A stretch of DNA of 27,439 bases, taken from the IMG/VR virus record IMGVR_UViG_3300005837_000527, positions 1-27,439 of that record; one strand, written 5' to 3'. How positions within the stretch are numbered: the first letter of the stretch is position 1; every line of letters starts with the position of its first letter. Both the position numbers and the translations under genes were made by a program. The DNA is from a virus (taxonomy: Duplodnaviria > Caudoviricetes). The notes below the pieces were generated by a model. It ran no database searches, was not told the origin of the DNA, and worked only from the letters and a program-made list of their open reading frames with translations. Below, piece by piece: positions 17,948-27,220 of this stretch.

Positions 17948-18903
17948 TTAAACTTTTTGCTTCCTGGAAAGCCTCCAAACGGCAAAGATACGTTTTGATC
18001 TAAAGTGGATCCACTATAGTTTCCTTGAAATCTTTTTTTACACCCAGTTAAAGTTTTACTGCAAAGATCTATTCTTTTCCAATACTTTCTATAAGTTCTT
18101 GGGTCTTTTCCAGTGCTCGAGAAAAGAGCTTCCCAAACTCTTGTATGGGTATATCCGTTTACAGTATCTGTTGTAAAAGCTTTATTTCCGGGAGTATACG
18201 ATGTTCCAGCAGCCCAAACATTGATTGCTGCAGTTTGAGTTAAATCTCTACTAATTAAATCATCATCACTTTCAAAATATAAACCCTTGCCATTTGGATC
18301 TGCAAAAGGTTGATTATTTAGTGGCCACGTGCAGCCGCCCCCTAGACCTAATTGGACTCCTTGATATTGCCAAGGACAGTATTTTCCAATAACTACTCTA
18401 TGAGGTAGTTTTGCGCCTTCTATATCAAAAGGAGAAGCTAGCTCAAAAGCTACAAATAAATTATTTTCTGCAGCAATTCTATCTATATAAAAAACCTGCG
18501 GAGGAAACTCAGGAGAAGTTGCGCTATTATTATCTGTATTTGATTTTAAAGTTCTATGATAAATTACTCTTGTACCAATTAAGTCATCATTCGTTTCAAA
18601 ATTTAAAGCTTCCCGAATATCTTGTAATAGTTCTTCATTACTATTTAAGTTTTTTGTTAGTGCTGGAATATTTGCAACACTTAGGGTAGGACGAGAGGCG
18701 GCCCCTGTTGCACTCATTTCTATACCCTCTATTTGAATAGGTATAGCAACATAATCATTTTGACGAAACTCTATTTTATCGGTTCCATCGTCTAATCCAT
18801 TGAATAAATAATAAGTAGTACTATCTGGAACAGAAACTTCAAAAAGCTCTACAAAGCTATCATCAATACTATCATCTTGTACGGCATCAATTAAATCTGT
18901 CAT
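17944..18903 (-). CDS. Minor tail protein, lambda gpL-like (Fe-S cluster cysteines)
   Basis: ELFE, PIQIEG, RPTLSVAN and FELASPFD motifs. CPWQY..C and DLCSKTLTGCKKRF cysteines. C-terminal LPFGGFPG. Confidence 0.92.
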   Translation of the reverse strand: MTDLIDAVQDDSIDDSFVELFEVSVPDSTTYYLFNGLDDGTDKIEFRQNDYVAIPIQIEGIEMSATGAASRPTLSVANIPALTKNLNSNEELLQDIREALNFETNDDLIGTRVIYHRTLKSNTDNNSATSPEFPPQVFYIDRIAAENNLFVAFELASPFDIEGAKLPHRVVIGKYCPWQYQGVQLGLGGGCTWPLNNQPFADPNGKGLYFESDDDLISRDLTQTAAINVWAAGTSYTPGNKAFTTDTVNGYTHTRVWEALFSSTGKDPRTYRKYWKRIDLCSKTLTGCKKRFQGNYSGSTLDQNVSLPFGGFPGSKKFK

Positions 18904-18905
18904 TT

Positions 18906-19325
18906 CTACGGCTCATAAACTCTTCGTAAAGTTGTTGTTAAACTATGATAGTCTGTATGTCCATATTGAATTTGATATCCATCACAAACTACTTTTATAC
19001 TACTTGTAGTAAGACTTCCACTTGAAAAAGTATCTGTAATTACTAAAGTAAAGCTAAGGGCTGCTTTACTGTCTAAATATGCTGCGATTAAGTTGACTTC
19101 ATCTGCACTGCGATTATTAAAAGAGATGTTAAAATTTTCGGTTTTTGTATTTACACCATCTCTTACTCTTTGTTCATATCCGTCACCAAACCTTGCAACA
19201 AGTACTCTCTGCTGTGCCTGTCTAGATAAACCTCGATCTGCTACAGCTTCAAAATTAGAGCTACTAGAAGTATTTTTTAAAGTATCTACATCTGCAGCAG
19301 GTATTGTAAAACTAAATGTAGCCAT
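18906..19325 (-). CDS. Distal tail protein, lambda gpM-like
   Basis: ARFGDGYEQRVRDGVN motif. Directly follows the tape measure gene. Confidence 0.88.
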   Translation of the reverse strand: MATFSFTIPAADVDTLKNTSSSSNFEAVADRGLSRQAQQRVLVARFGDGYEQRVRDGVNTKTENFNISFNNRSADEVNLIAAYLDSKAALSFTLVITDTFSSGSLTTSSIKVVCDGYQIQYGHTDYHSLTTTLRRVYEP

Positions 19326-22300
19326 TAAGATGCTCCATAGGGACTAAGCATCCCACCATTTCTTCTTTGATTCATTATCTCTTGCTGGACTGCCGCTGCA
19401 ATTGCTTTTCCAAGATTTGCTCCTTGAGAGCTATCTGATTGCATATTTTGAGAACTTTGACCATCATTATCTACGGACACATTTACAACTACATTATTGT
19501 TCTGACTTCCACCATTTTTTAGTTCTACAGGAATAGAGTTGCCATTTGGAAGAGGCACTACAGCTTCTGTTCCATGAAGAATTGCAGGGTACCCAGCGTG
19601 TCTACCTTTTGCTACACCCCCATCTCTATACCCCGGAGTAGGCTCAAACATACCACCGTATCGAGGACCTCCGCCTCCACCTAAAGGAGTTACAGGTGCG
19701 GGCATACCTCCCGCGACCCCATATTGAGATACTTGACCTGCGGCTTGGGCACTACCTGGGAAGAAAGCTCCCATAAAGCTAGAAACAATTTTAAATGCTA
19801 TCATTTGGGCAATCATTTTAAGAATCATTGAAAGAATACTCTTACCCATAGAAAGAAACGCGTCTTTTACACTCATTGTTCCACTAACAATTCCTTCAAA
19901 CGCTGTAGCAAAGCTACTTTCAAAGCTATCTGCAATACCTGTAACAAGTCGATTACCAAAATCAAGTTCTGCATTTAAGTTTTTTAGCGCTTCTGTTGCA
20001 AGTGCAACATTCAATTCTAGCTCTTGCAGTTTTTTAGCGTCTGCCTCAACTTCTCCTTCTTGAGCAAGATTAAAATTGCGTTCTGCATCTGTCAAAGCCA
20101 CTTGAGCTGCCGATACTGCTCGTTGACGAGCTTGCTCTGCAGCAATACCGCTTGTTGCTCCTATAGAAAATCCTCCTAGTTCAAAACGCTTACCTTTTTC
20201 TTCTTCAAGTTTTAATCTTTTAGTTGCTAGTATTCTTTCGATTTCTACATCTCTTATCTTTTGCAAAAAGTCTAGCTGCTGTTTATAGGCCTCTATTCGC
20301 TTTTCGTTATTTGTAGTAACTTCACCTTCTAGCTCAAGAGTTTTTTCTATTTCTGTTATTAGACTCGTAACACTTGTGCTAAATTGAGTAATAGAAGAAA
20401 CTCTTCTTCTATACTGCTCATTTATTCCTTGCTCTTTTTGTTGAAGAATAGTAGTTTTTTGCCCTAATTCTGTAAAGTATTTTAAAAGTTCTTGGAATCT
20501 ATTTAAATCTTTCTCTGTTAAATTAGCTAAACCACCTTCGTTTGTCATTGTTTCTGCAATCCTTAACAGCTCAGCACCTAGAGGCTGTGCTTGAACATTT
20601 GCTGCTTTTAATGCTTCTACAAAACCCTCCGCAGATTCGGCACTATTTTTCATTAAATCACTTAATTTTTCTGGAAGATCTACCATTCCCACCATGGAAG
20701 ATACATCCCCTCCTATTGTCTCATTTCCTACTATATCTTTTAAAACTCTATACTCGCTTGCTATGTCTGCAAATACAGAACCTTGGGTTCCTATAAAGTT
20801 GGATAAAGCGTTTAGACTTTCCAAAGTAAATCCTTGATCTGTTTTTGCAAACTCACTCTGAATCTTTGCAAATTTAGAGAATTCTTTTGTAGTATTTTTT
20901 AATCTTTCTGAAAGCTGGTCTAAAGACGCAGCTCTGTCTAAGTCTCCCTGCGTGTCAGTCAAAAAGCCCATAGCTCTTGCGCCCTCTACTGCTAAATCCT
21001 TTAAAAGAAGCGCTACCCCTATAATGCCCAGGCCTTTCATTAACTTATTCACACCTTTTACAAATAAAGAAGTTGCCTGTTTCATTCGTAGCATAGCAAC
21101 CTCCCAACGAGCTTGCATACGCTTTGTTTCAACTTGTACAAAAGTATACAGTCTGGCAAAGCCGTTTCGTATGACTGAAAAAGTACTGGTGGATTGTCCC
21201 TTCATAGCTTTAAGAGATGCAATATATTGAGCTTGCATCTTTTTCGACATTTGGGTTACAGCACCCTGACCTTTTTTAGCTTGAATAAGCAAAGAAGAGA
21301 TTTCTCTTTTTGTAAGTTCTGTATATTTTCCTTGTTGAAGTTTTACAATACCTGAAGCTTTACTTTGAACGCCTTCAACAGCTTGAGCTGCAGCTTGAGC
21401 TGGGTCTTTTCCTGCTGCCCGTAATCGTGCTTGGGCTACTTCTAGTTCTTGAATTTCGTTTCTAGTTGCTATCAGTTCTTTTTTAATTTTACTAGCAGAA
21501 ATTTTTGACTTTTCAGCCCAGTCATCCAGACTAGGCAAAATGGCTTTAGTTATTGGTAGAGCAATAAGAGCTAATGCTGCTGCCAAGGATCCGATATTTC
21601 TAGTAAAAAATTCTGCCGTAGGCTCGGCGAGTACAGATATAAATTCTTTAACAGGGTTCAATACTTTTTCAAAAGCAATACCTAGTTTTGCTATAGAGTT
21701 TCCTTGAAGCTCAACTGCTGCGGCAACTGCTCCATATTTTTTATCTAACTGCGATTGAACTTCTACTGCTACTGCTTGGCTTTTTTCGAATAGTGTTAAG
21801 TCCTTGACACTCTTATTTAACTGACCCGCATAGTTTTCCGTAGCAGTAGTTAATCGCAGAATAATACCAAGTTCGTCAAGAAGTTCAGGTTCTGCTTTTG
21901 TAACACCCCTAATTAAACGATTAAAAGAGTCTGTTACATCTCTTCCTAAAATTACAGATACGTTTTTTGCTCCTGCTGCGAATCCTCTTAATTGATCGGG
22001 ACTAAGTCCTGAAGCTACGCCAATAGCAGCTGCAGAAGCGGCATCTGTAAAAGAGACCAGTCCATCTGAAGCTTGTTGTATATCTTTTGTTATACTTCGA
22101 ACACCGATACCTGTTGCAGACGCAAAAGCTACCTGAGACTCAGTAACTACTCTAAAGTCCGCTGCAGTTTTTAGGAAGTTGAATGCTGCAGTAATTGCAA
22201 AAACGTTTGCAGCCAAAGTAGCATAGGCGGGGACCAAGGTACCTGATATACCCTGTGCCATTTTTGAGAAGTTTTTAGTACCGTTTGCAGATTGCTGAGA

Positions 22301-22447
22301 AGCACCTTTTAAATTTCGATCAGCATTACGAGCTGACTTTGCGGTTTTATCTAGTCCCGCTGCCGCTTTTTCTGCTTTTTGACCAACTACTTTAAGATTT
22401 CCTTTTTCGGTAATCTTAAGAGTTAAGTTAATTTCATTTGCTGCCAT
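19325..22447 (-). CDS. Tail tape measure protein (1040 aa)
   Basis: Ala/Lys-rich helical sequence with a T5 pb2-like LGRD..DSFNRL.RG..K.EPELLDELG motif and hydrophobic segments. C-terminal HGTEAVVPL..IPV and QQEI..QRR.GG.L motifs. Follows the chaperone pair. Confidence 0.92.
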   Translation of the reverse strand: MAANEINLTLKITEKGNLKVVGQKAEKAAAGLDKTAKSARNADRNLKGASQQSANGTKNFSKMAQGISGTLVPAYATLAANVFAITAAFNFLKTAADFRVVTESQVAFASATGIGVRSITKDIQQASDGLVSFTDAASAAAIGVASGLSPDQLRGFAAGAKNVSVILGRDVTDSFNRLIRGVTKAEPELLDELGIILRLTTATENYAGQLNKSVKDLTLFEKSQAVAVEVQSQLDKKYGAVAAAVELQGNSIAKLGIAFEKVLNPVKEFISVLAEPTAEFFTRNIGSLAAALALIALPITKAILPSLDDWAEKSKISASKIKKELIATRNEIQELEVAQARLRAAGKDPAQAAAQAVEGVQSKASGIVKLQQGKYTELTKREISSLLIQAKKGQGAVTQMSKKMQAQYIASLKAMKGQSTSTFSVIRNGFARLYTFVQVETKRMQARWEVAMLRMKQATSLFVKGVNKLMKGLGIIGVALLLKDLAVEGARAMGFLTDTQGDLDRAASLDQLSERLKNTTKEFSKFAKIQSEFAKTDQGFTLESLNALSNFIGTQGSVFADIASEYRVLKDIVGNETIGGDVSSMVGMVDLPEKLSDLMKNSAESAEGFVEALKAANVQAQPLGAELLRIAETMTNEGGLANLTEKDLNRFQELLKYFTELGQKTTILQQKEQGINEQYRRRVSSITQFSTSVTSLITEIEKTLELEGEVTTNNEKRIEAYKQQLDFLQKIRDVEIERILATKRLKLEEEKGKRFELGGFSIGATSGIAAEQARQRAVSAAQVALTDAERNFNLAQEGEVEADAKKLQELELNVALATEALKNLNAELDFGNRLVTGIADSFESSFATAFEGIVSGTMSVKDAFLSMGKSILSMILKMIAQMIAFKIVSSFMGAFFPGSAQAAGQVSQYGVAGGMPAPVTPLGGGGGPRYGGMFEPTPGYRDGGVAKGRHAGYPAILHGTEAVVPLPNGNSIPVELKNGGSQNNNVVVNVSVDNDGQSSQNMQSDSSQGANLGKAIAAAVQQEIMNQRRNGGMLSPYGAS

Positions 22448-22878
22448 TAGCCACGCACATTATGGGTGTACTGTTTACCACCTCCTGCAGACTTTCCTTT
22501 ACGCTCCTCTGCTTTACGTTTTTTATCTGATTCTTCTGATCTATATTTTATAAGAATTCCTTCATAGAGTTTCATAAAAAAGAATATAATTTTATGATTA
22601 TCTATATTATATAGCTCAAATATATACTTTAAATTCTCCCAGTGTTTGCCCATATATGTACCAGACATTCCTTCCCAAGAGTCCGATAGTAATGAAAACA
22701 CAAAAAATGCCACTTGAACTTCTTCAGGAAAACTAGAAGAGTCCAGCGGCATTTTGGCAGGATCAGGCTCTTGACCTAACTGTTCGCAGATAAGTAAATA
22801 CTTATCTACATCAATTTGTGAACTTTCTCGAACGTATCTTTCAAGTAGCTTATGTATTTCAGCTACTTGTTGCTCGTA
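22447..22878 (-). CDS. Tail assembly chaperone, frameshift-extended part (gpGT-like; fusion with 22863-23285 is about 279 aa)
   Basis: The frame of the 22447-22752 ORF stays open upstream of its ATG to the slippery site (YEQQVAEIHKLLERYVRESSQIDVDKYLLICEQLGQEPDPAKMPLD...). It is the -1 frame relative to the upstream chaperone. Confidence 0.8.
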   Translation of the reverse strand, partial: YEQQVAEIHKLLERYVRESSQIDVDKYLLICEQLGQEPDPAKMPLDSSSFPEEVQVAFFVFSLLSDSWEGMSGTYMGKHWENLKYIFELYNIDNHKIIFFFMKLYEGILIKYRSEESDKKRKAEERKGKSAGGGKQYTHNVRG

Positions 22879-23285
22879 AAATTTTCCAAGTCACCTACTG
22901 TTTCTGTGACCCAGCTATCAAATGTAGAAGAGTTTTTCATAAGCACTTCTGCATTTTCTTGGCTGTAGGCTAGTTCATCTTCGGGGTCAAGCTCTGAGAC
23001 ATCTACCAAAAGAAGCTCTTCTAGGTATTGATACTGCAGTCCTGACCAATCTTTGATTACTGCCTTACAATATTCTACTAAAAACTTTTCCTCGTCTAAT
23101 ACCTCTTCCGGCTGACGAGTTTTTTTATCAAATTTAGTAGTTACACATTTTTTGCGTAACTTTAACAGTTCTTCTCTTGCTAAGTAGCAAAGATCAACTG
23201 ACATTCCTGAATAGCCAGGAAAATCAATTGTTACAGTTTTACTTGGAGTCATAAGACTCGAAAGAGAAACGGGCGAATCACTCAT
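22863..23285 (-). CDS. Tail assembly chaperone (gpG-like, 140 aa)
   Basis: Acidic small protein between tail tube and tape measure, with IKDWSGL and WVTE..DLENF motifs. AAGGA RBS. Confidence 0.85.
   Translation of the reverse strand: MSDSPVSLSSLMTPSKTVTIDFPGYSGMSVDLCYLAREELLKLRKKCVTTKFDKKTRQPEEVLDEEKFLVEYCKAVIKDWSGLQYQYLEELLLVDVSELDPEDELAYSQENAEVLMKNSSTFDSWVTETVGDLENFTSNK
22878..22884 (-). promoter_or_regulatory. -1 programmed ribosomal frameshift heptamer A AAT TTT
   Basis: X XXY YYZ pattern in codons GAA AAT TTT, four sense codons before the TAG. The -1 frame has a TGA just upstream, so entry is confined to this spot. Confidence 0.8.
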
Positions 23286-23325
23286 AAAAAAATCCTTATA
23301 AAATTATCATTAATTTAATACACAT

Positions 23326-23354
23326 ATTATATCGAAGCACAACAAAAAAGTCAA
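23326..23354 (-). promoter_or_regulatory. Near-consensus sigma70 promoter for chaperone/tape measure/tail tip genes
   Basis: TTGACT (23354-23349), 17 nt, TATAAT (23331-23326), with an AT-rich upstream tract. Confidence 0.85.
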
Positions 23355-23379
23355 GAAGTATTTTTAAACACCTGGAAGC

Positions 23380-23402
23380 AAAAAACCCGCCGAAACGGGT
23401 TT
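23380..23402 (-). terminator. Rho-independent terminator after the tail tube gene
   Basis: Minus strand AAACCCGT-TTCG-GCGGGTTT-TTT: stem with a UUCG loop and U tract. Confidence 0.85.
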
Positions 23403-23419
23403 AATAAAATTAAGTAGTA

Positions 23420-24748
23420 TTAAGTAGTAGGGGTTACACCCACATATTTTACATCTACTTCGTCAGTGGCACTAATTGAAGATCCCAAACCGTGGAAAGT
23501 AGTCTCAAGTGAAATAACATCTTCAATTGAGTGAGCAGGAATCTCAACGTGTGCTTTAGGCATACCAATTTCCAATCGAGGGGTACCTGAAGTACCTCCA
23601 ATTGCAAAGGTAAGATCAAATTCGTTAACAACTTTCTGAAGTGCCGCAGTACTTGTAAGATCGTTAAAGAAGTCAGCCGAAGTACCAGAGGTAGTATAAT
23701 CACTGTCATCCAAAGTAAGATAACAAGTAAAACTTCCGGTTACAGAACGAGCACCTGTAATGTTTTCAATAGGAATGTTTACAGTTCCAAGTTCTTCTGG
23801 TACAAGATAAGTAATATTATTTGTAATTGTAATATTACCACCCGTAAGAGTAAGACCATATGCTCCCGCAGAAGAGCCGGGGAAAGTAGTAGCATCTCCT
23901 GCAGTGATAGCTAAAGAAGTCAAACGGTTACGAATAAAATTATTTGTAGCTGCCGTACCTTCATCAACTGCTCTTACATATGTTCCTGCAGATACATCGG
24001 TTACAATGTGGAAAGCATCGTCATTATCTGAGTCAAGCCAAATTTCTCCATCTGCGAGTGCGGTGCCATCAGCAGTAGTTTCGCCATTAGTGGCGGGGGC
24101 CGTAGCATCACGATGTACACTACCACTAAAGTCTACAATTTCTTTTCCGAAACCTGACCAGTTAATAGTAGCAATACCATCAACATCAAAGTCAATAGAA
24201 GCTTCATTTACTGCTGCATTATTAATTTTATAAACAACCGGGTTTGCCGCTGCCGTACTTACTACAAAGTACAGTGTTGCTGTTGGCAAAGAGGACCGGT
24301 TACTTTGCTGAAAGCTAATATCAGCATCTGTTGTATCCGCAGTAAATACTGTTCCATTACCACCGTGTTGATTTGCAGTTCTTGAAAAAGTAGATGAAGA
24401 ATAAGTATCTGCACCAGCCATAAGAGCCCAAAGAACTTCTTCTACGGCGTGATGATTATTTAGAGTTGCATCTGCAATTCCATCATTGCTGGCGCTGCCT
24501 GCTGATTTGAAAGGTCGCACATAAGTACTAAAACTCCACTCTACCGGAGCGAGAGAGTCGTTAAACAGTCGACGACCGCGTCTACTTATAGCACTTGTAT
24601 CTTCCATTTCTGCAAGAGTAATTTCCGAAGCATTAGTACCCTGAGAAAAGCTAAATCCATCAAGAATTGGCACTTCCCAGACACCCGTAGTACCTGCCCA
24701 CTCAACAAAGAGTTTCGAGTCTCTACTAAAATATAATTGATCTGCCAT
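23420..24748 (-). CDS. Major tail (tube) protein, T5 pb6-like
   Basis: RG.R.FNDSLAPVEWSFSTY and FDVDGIATINWSG motifs, plus NNITYL.PEELG.VN.PI..TG.RSVTGS. AGGAG RBS. Confidence 0.9.
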   Translation of the reverse strand: MADQLYFSRDSKLFVEWAGTTGVWEVPILDGFSFSQGTNASEITLAEMEDTSAISRRGRRLFNDSLAPVEWSFSTYVRPFKSAGSASNDGIADATLNNHHAVEEVLWALMAGADTYSSSTFSRTANQHGGNGTVFTADTTDADISFQQSNRSSLPTATLYFVVSTAAANPVVYKINNAAVNEASIDFDVDGIATINWSGFGKEIVDFSGSVHRDATAPATNGETTADGTALADGEIWLDSDNDDAFHIVTDVSAGTYVRAVDEGTAATNNFIRNRLTSLAITAGDATTFPGSSAGAYGLTLTGGNITITNNITYLVPEELGTVNIPIENITGARSVTGSFTCYLTLDDSDYTTSGTSADFFNDLTSTAALQKVVNEFDLTFAIGGTSGTPRLEIGMPKAHVEIPAHSIEDVISLETTFHGLGSSISATDEVDVKYVGVTPTT

Positions 24749-24810
24749 AGTTTATCTCCTATGAACTTTGAAAAGACTTGGTCGTGAACCTTTGTTCGTG
24801 CCAGTCGTTT

Positions 24811-25263
24811 CTAGTATCGAACCTCTATGAGTATTTCTGCCACTCCTAAAGGATCTAATACACCTTCATCAGTATCAATACTGATTATTGTGATTTGTTG
24901 TGTAACTTGCTCTAGTCCCATTCTATCATAGTATATAAATCTACTATTTTCTTCTAGGACTGTTTCTACATCTTCTAATAATTCATCAAGAGCATCTACT
25001 GAATCCTCTTGATTTACATAACATCGAATTGTGACATTTAGAAAGCGGTCTTTGAAACCCCCTCCTTGGTACTGTCGAGTCTCAGATCCTGCATTTAAAT
25101 GAATTGCTGGAAATTCTTCTACTTCGTCCCAAAACTTTAAACGAGGACTTACTTCTGCAACTGCAGTATGATAAATGCCCCTACCATCAATGTCTGCTAG
25201 TTTTTCAGCTAGGCCCTTGGTAATAGCAGATCTACGGCTTGTATATTTTCTCTCATTAGCCAC
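24811..25263 (-). CDS. Tail terminator protein (T5 p142-like)
   Basis: FWDEVEEFPAI..G.E.RQY and TDEGVLDPLGVAEI motifs. Immediately upstream of the tail tube gene. GTG start overlapping the previous stop. Confidence 0.82.
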   Translation of the reverse strand: MANERKYTSRRSAITKGLAEKLADIDGRGIYHTAVAEVSPRLKFWDEVEEFPAIHLNAGSETRQYQGGGFKDRFLNVTIRCYVNQEDSVDALDELLEDVETVLEENSRFIYYDRMGLEQVTQQITIISIDTDEGVLDPLGVAEILIEVRY

Positions 25264-26618
25264 TATACTCTCCTAGTATAAAATCTTCCTATTGCCATTT
25301 CTGCTGCTAGTTCTCGTACTGAAGCGTCTATCACTTTTCGAGGGTCTCTTTCGGGCGTAGCCCAGGGAGCTCGACCTCTCCCAATTTCAAAAACCTGATA
25401 AGGTTCTTTATCATATGTATAACCGAAACTTGGAAAATTTTGTCGAGTAGCAGAAACGTCTGTAAGTTTGACACTTCTTGCAAATCTACCTGTTCGATTT
25501 TCCAAGCCAGGCGCTCCCATATTCTTCTCTACAGTCTGAGGAAGTTTTTGATTAATCATCGCCATTATAGCAAACATTGAACGACGATTATCCCCCTCTC
25601 GAGGCTCTAACTTTCTTTTTCTTACTAAAGGTACCTGAGTTTTTGTATTCTTTCTAACCTTTGGTTTTTTTCTTAATGTTGCGGGACCGCTCTCTTTAAC
25701 TGTAATTTTTTCATGTTTTACAGTAAGATTTTTGCTTTTCTTAAAAGGAGTAACTACTGTTTTTATTACCTTTTTTCTTTGTCCATCTAATAGACTATCA
25801 GAACCCTCTAAATTTACAACATCTAGTTTTTGTATTGCATTTCTTAACTGCTTAGTTAAATCTCTTTTTAAACCCTGCTCTTCTTTTGACTGAATAACAT
25901 TTAAAAGTTGACTTCCAAGTTTTACTTCGACTTTTCCCTGCTTTACTTTTTTATGGATTTGTAAAACAGTTTCTAACTGATATTGCTTTAACTCTTTTTT
26001 GATTCCTGTAATGTCGCTTGTTTTATAAATATTTTGCAATGCTGCATGGACTGCATCATTAATAAACATTTCAATATTACTTGCACCTTTGTAGTGCTCT
26101 AAGTTAAAAGCTTGTCCTGCTGTGCCAACATTAACTTTTCCGCCTTTAGCACTTTTACTTTTACGAAGTATCGGCTTGCCTAAAATCTTTAAAAAATCTT
26201 GATAAAAAGCATCTAAGTATTTTTTATATGCATTTTGAATTAACTTAAAGTTATCTCTCTGCCCTTTCTTACCCTCAAATTCAAATACAGTTACAGTAAC
26301 TCCACCCCGAATATTCCTTACTCTAACAGTTTTATTAGAAGCTGCTGCAATATTTTCAAACTCTTTTCGAATATTTTTAGTTAGCTTTGTTATGAGAGGA
26401 TTCAATTCTTCTCTAACATTTCTTAAAATTTCTCTACCTTCATTATCAAAGCTAGTAGATTTATCTAGCAACAATTTTAAAGTATTTCGAAGATCAGTAC
26501 TTTTATAAGTAAATACATGATACTTTTTATTAGTTACTGCGGTTCTGTAATTTTCCGAGTTTCTTTGTAATTCTTTATCTAATTTTGTTAAAAACTTTTT
26601 TAAGTTTGTAGATGACAT
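25263..26618 (-). CDS. Tail completion / neck protein (T5 p143-like C-terminus) with a long basic N-terminal region
   Basis: C-terminal LENRTGRFARSV..Y.KEPYQVFE..RDPRKVID motif. Lies between head completion and tail terminator. Confidence 0.7.
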   Translation of the reverse strand: MSSTNLKKFLTKLDKELQRNSENYRTAVTNKKYHVFTYKSTDLRNTLKLLLDKSTSFDNEGREILRNVREELNPLITKLTKNIRKEFENIAAASNKTVRVRNIRGGVTVTVFEFEGKKGQRDNFKLIQNAYKKYLDAFYQDFLKILGKPILRKSKSAKGGKVNVGTAGQAFNLEHYKGASNIEMFINDAVHAALQNIYKTSDITGIKKELKQYQLETVLQIHKKVKQGKVEVKLGSQLLNVIQSKEEQGLKRDLTKQLRNAIQKLDVVNLEGSDSLLDGQRKKVIKTVVTPFKKSKNLTVKHEKITVKESGPATLRKKPKVRKNTKTQVPLVRKRKLEPREGDNRRSMFAIMAMINQKLPQTVEKNMGAPGLENRTGRFARSVKLTDVSATRQNFPSFGYTYDKEPYQVFEIGRGRAPWATPERDPRKVIDASVRELAAEMAIGRFYTRRV

Positions 26619-27208
26619 TAAAAGTTTTTATAAAGGTCAAGAACGCGTTTAATATGGTCAGGAAATGCCACATTATTACGCTGACTTGAACTTGCTTGAT
26701 TCTGAATACTAGCGCCAGCAATAGATCGTCGCTCTTTGTGCTCATCCTTCAAGTAGTAAGTAATCAAATCCATAACAGCAAGACGTAGATCAGTCGGAAT
26801 ACTAGCATATCCTGCTGTATAAGTTACACGAACTGCGCCTGGGCCACGAGCCCAATGCTTATATGTTGTTCCACCTGTTGTACGAATAATGCTATCTGTA
26901 GCACTATCTAAATAATATTCATGACTTGTTGTTGTCAAAGTATTGTAAGAAGAGTCATATGTCTCACGCTCTTCTACAGATACAATTGCATTTACAGGAC
27001 TCTCAGTTAATTGTACAATATGCGTATCCCAATCAACATTAACTGTATCTACTTTATTTGTAGAGTAATAATCTACAAAAGTATTTGCACAATAAGTCTT
27101 TACTAATTGACTCACAGACGGAATAATAAAATTAAGCTGCTCGTCATTTTTAGGAGCATTAATCCCTTCGGCGGCTTTATATTCTATAAGAGTAACTAAA
27201 TCTGTCAT
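26618..27208 (-). CDS. Head completion / head-tail adaptor protein (T5 p144-like)
   Basis: LVTL.EYK..VSQLVKTYC and VRVTYTAGYASIP.DL.LA motifs, C-terminal FPDHIKRVLDLY. Follows the capsid gene. Confidence 0.82.
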   Translation of the reverse strand: MTDLVTLIEYKAAEGINAPKNDEQLNFIIPSVSQLVKTYCANTFVDYYSTNKVDTVNVDWDTHIVQLTESPVNAIVSVEERETYDSSYNTLTTTSHEYYLDSATDSIIRTTGGTTYKHWARGPGAVRVTYTAGYASIPTDLRLAVMDLITYYLKDEHKERRSIAGASIQNQASSSQRNNVAFPDHIKRVLDLYKNF

Positions 27209-27220
27209 AAGCTAATTAAT

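Noticed and set aside
22447-22752. 101-aa ORF as an independent gene
   Set aside because: No convincing RBS before 22752, and the frame is open back to the slippery heptamer. It is better explained as the frameshift extension.
1099-24233. Short plus-strand ORFs and nested minus-strand ORFs in the track (60-109 aa)
   Set aside because: All lie inside long, motif-bearing minus-strand genes and show no recognisable motifs. They read as antisense or alternate-frame shadows.
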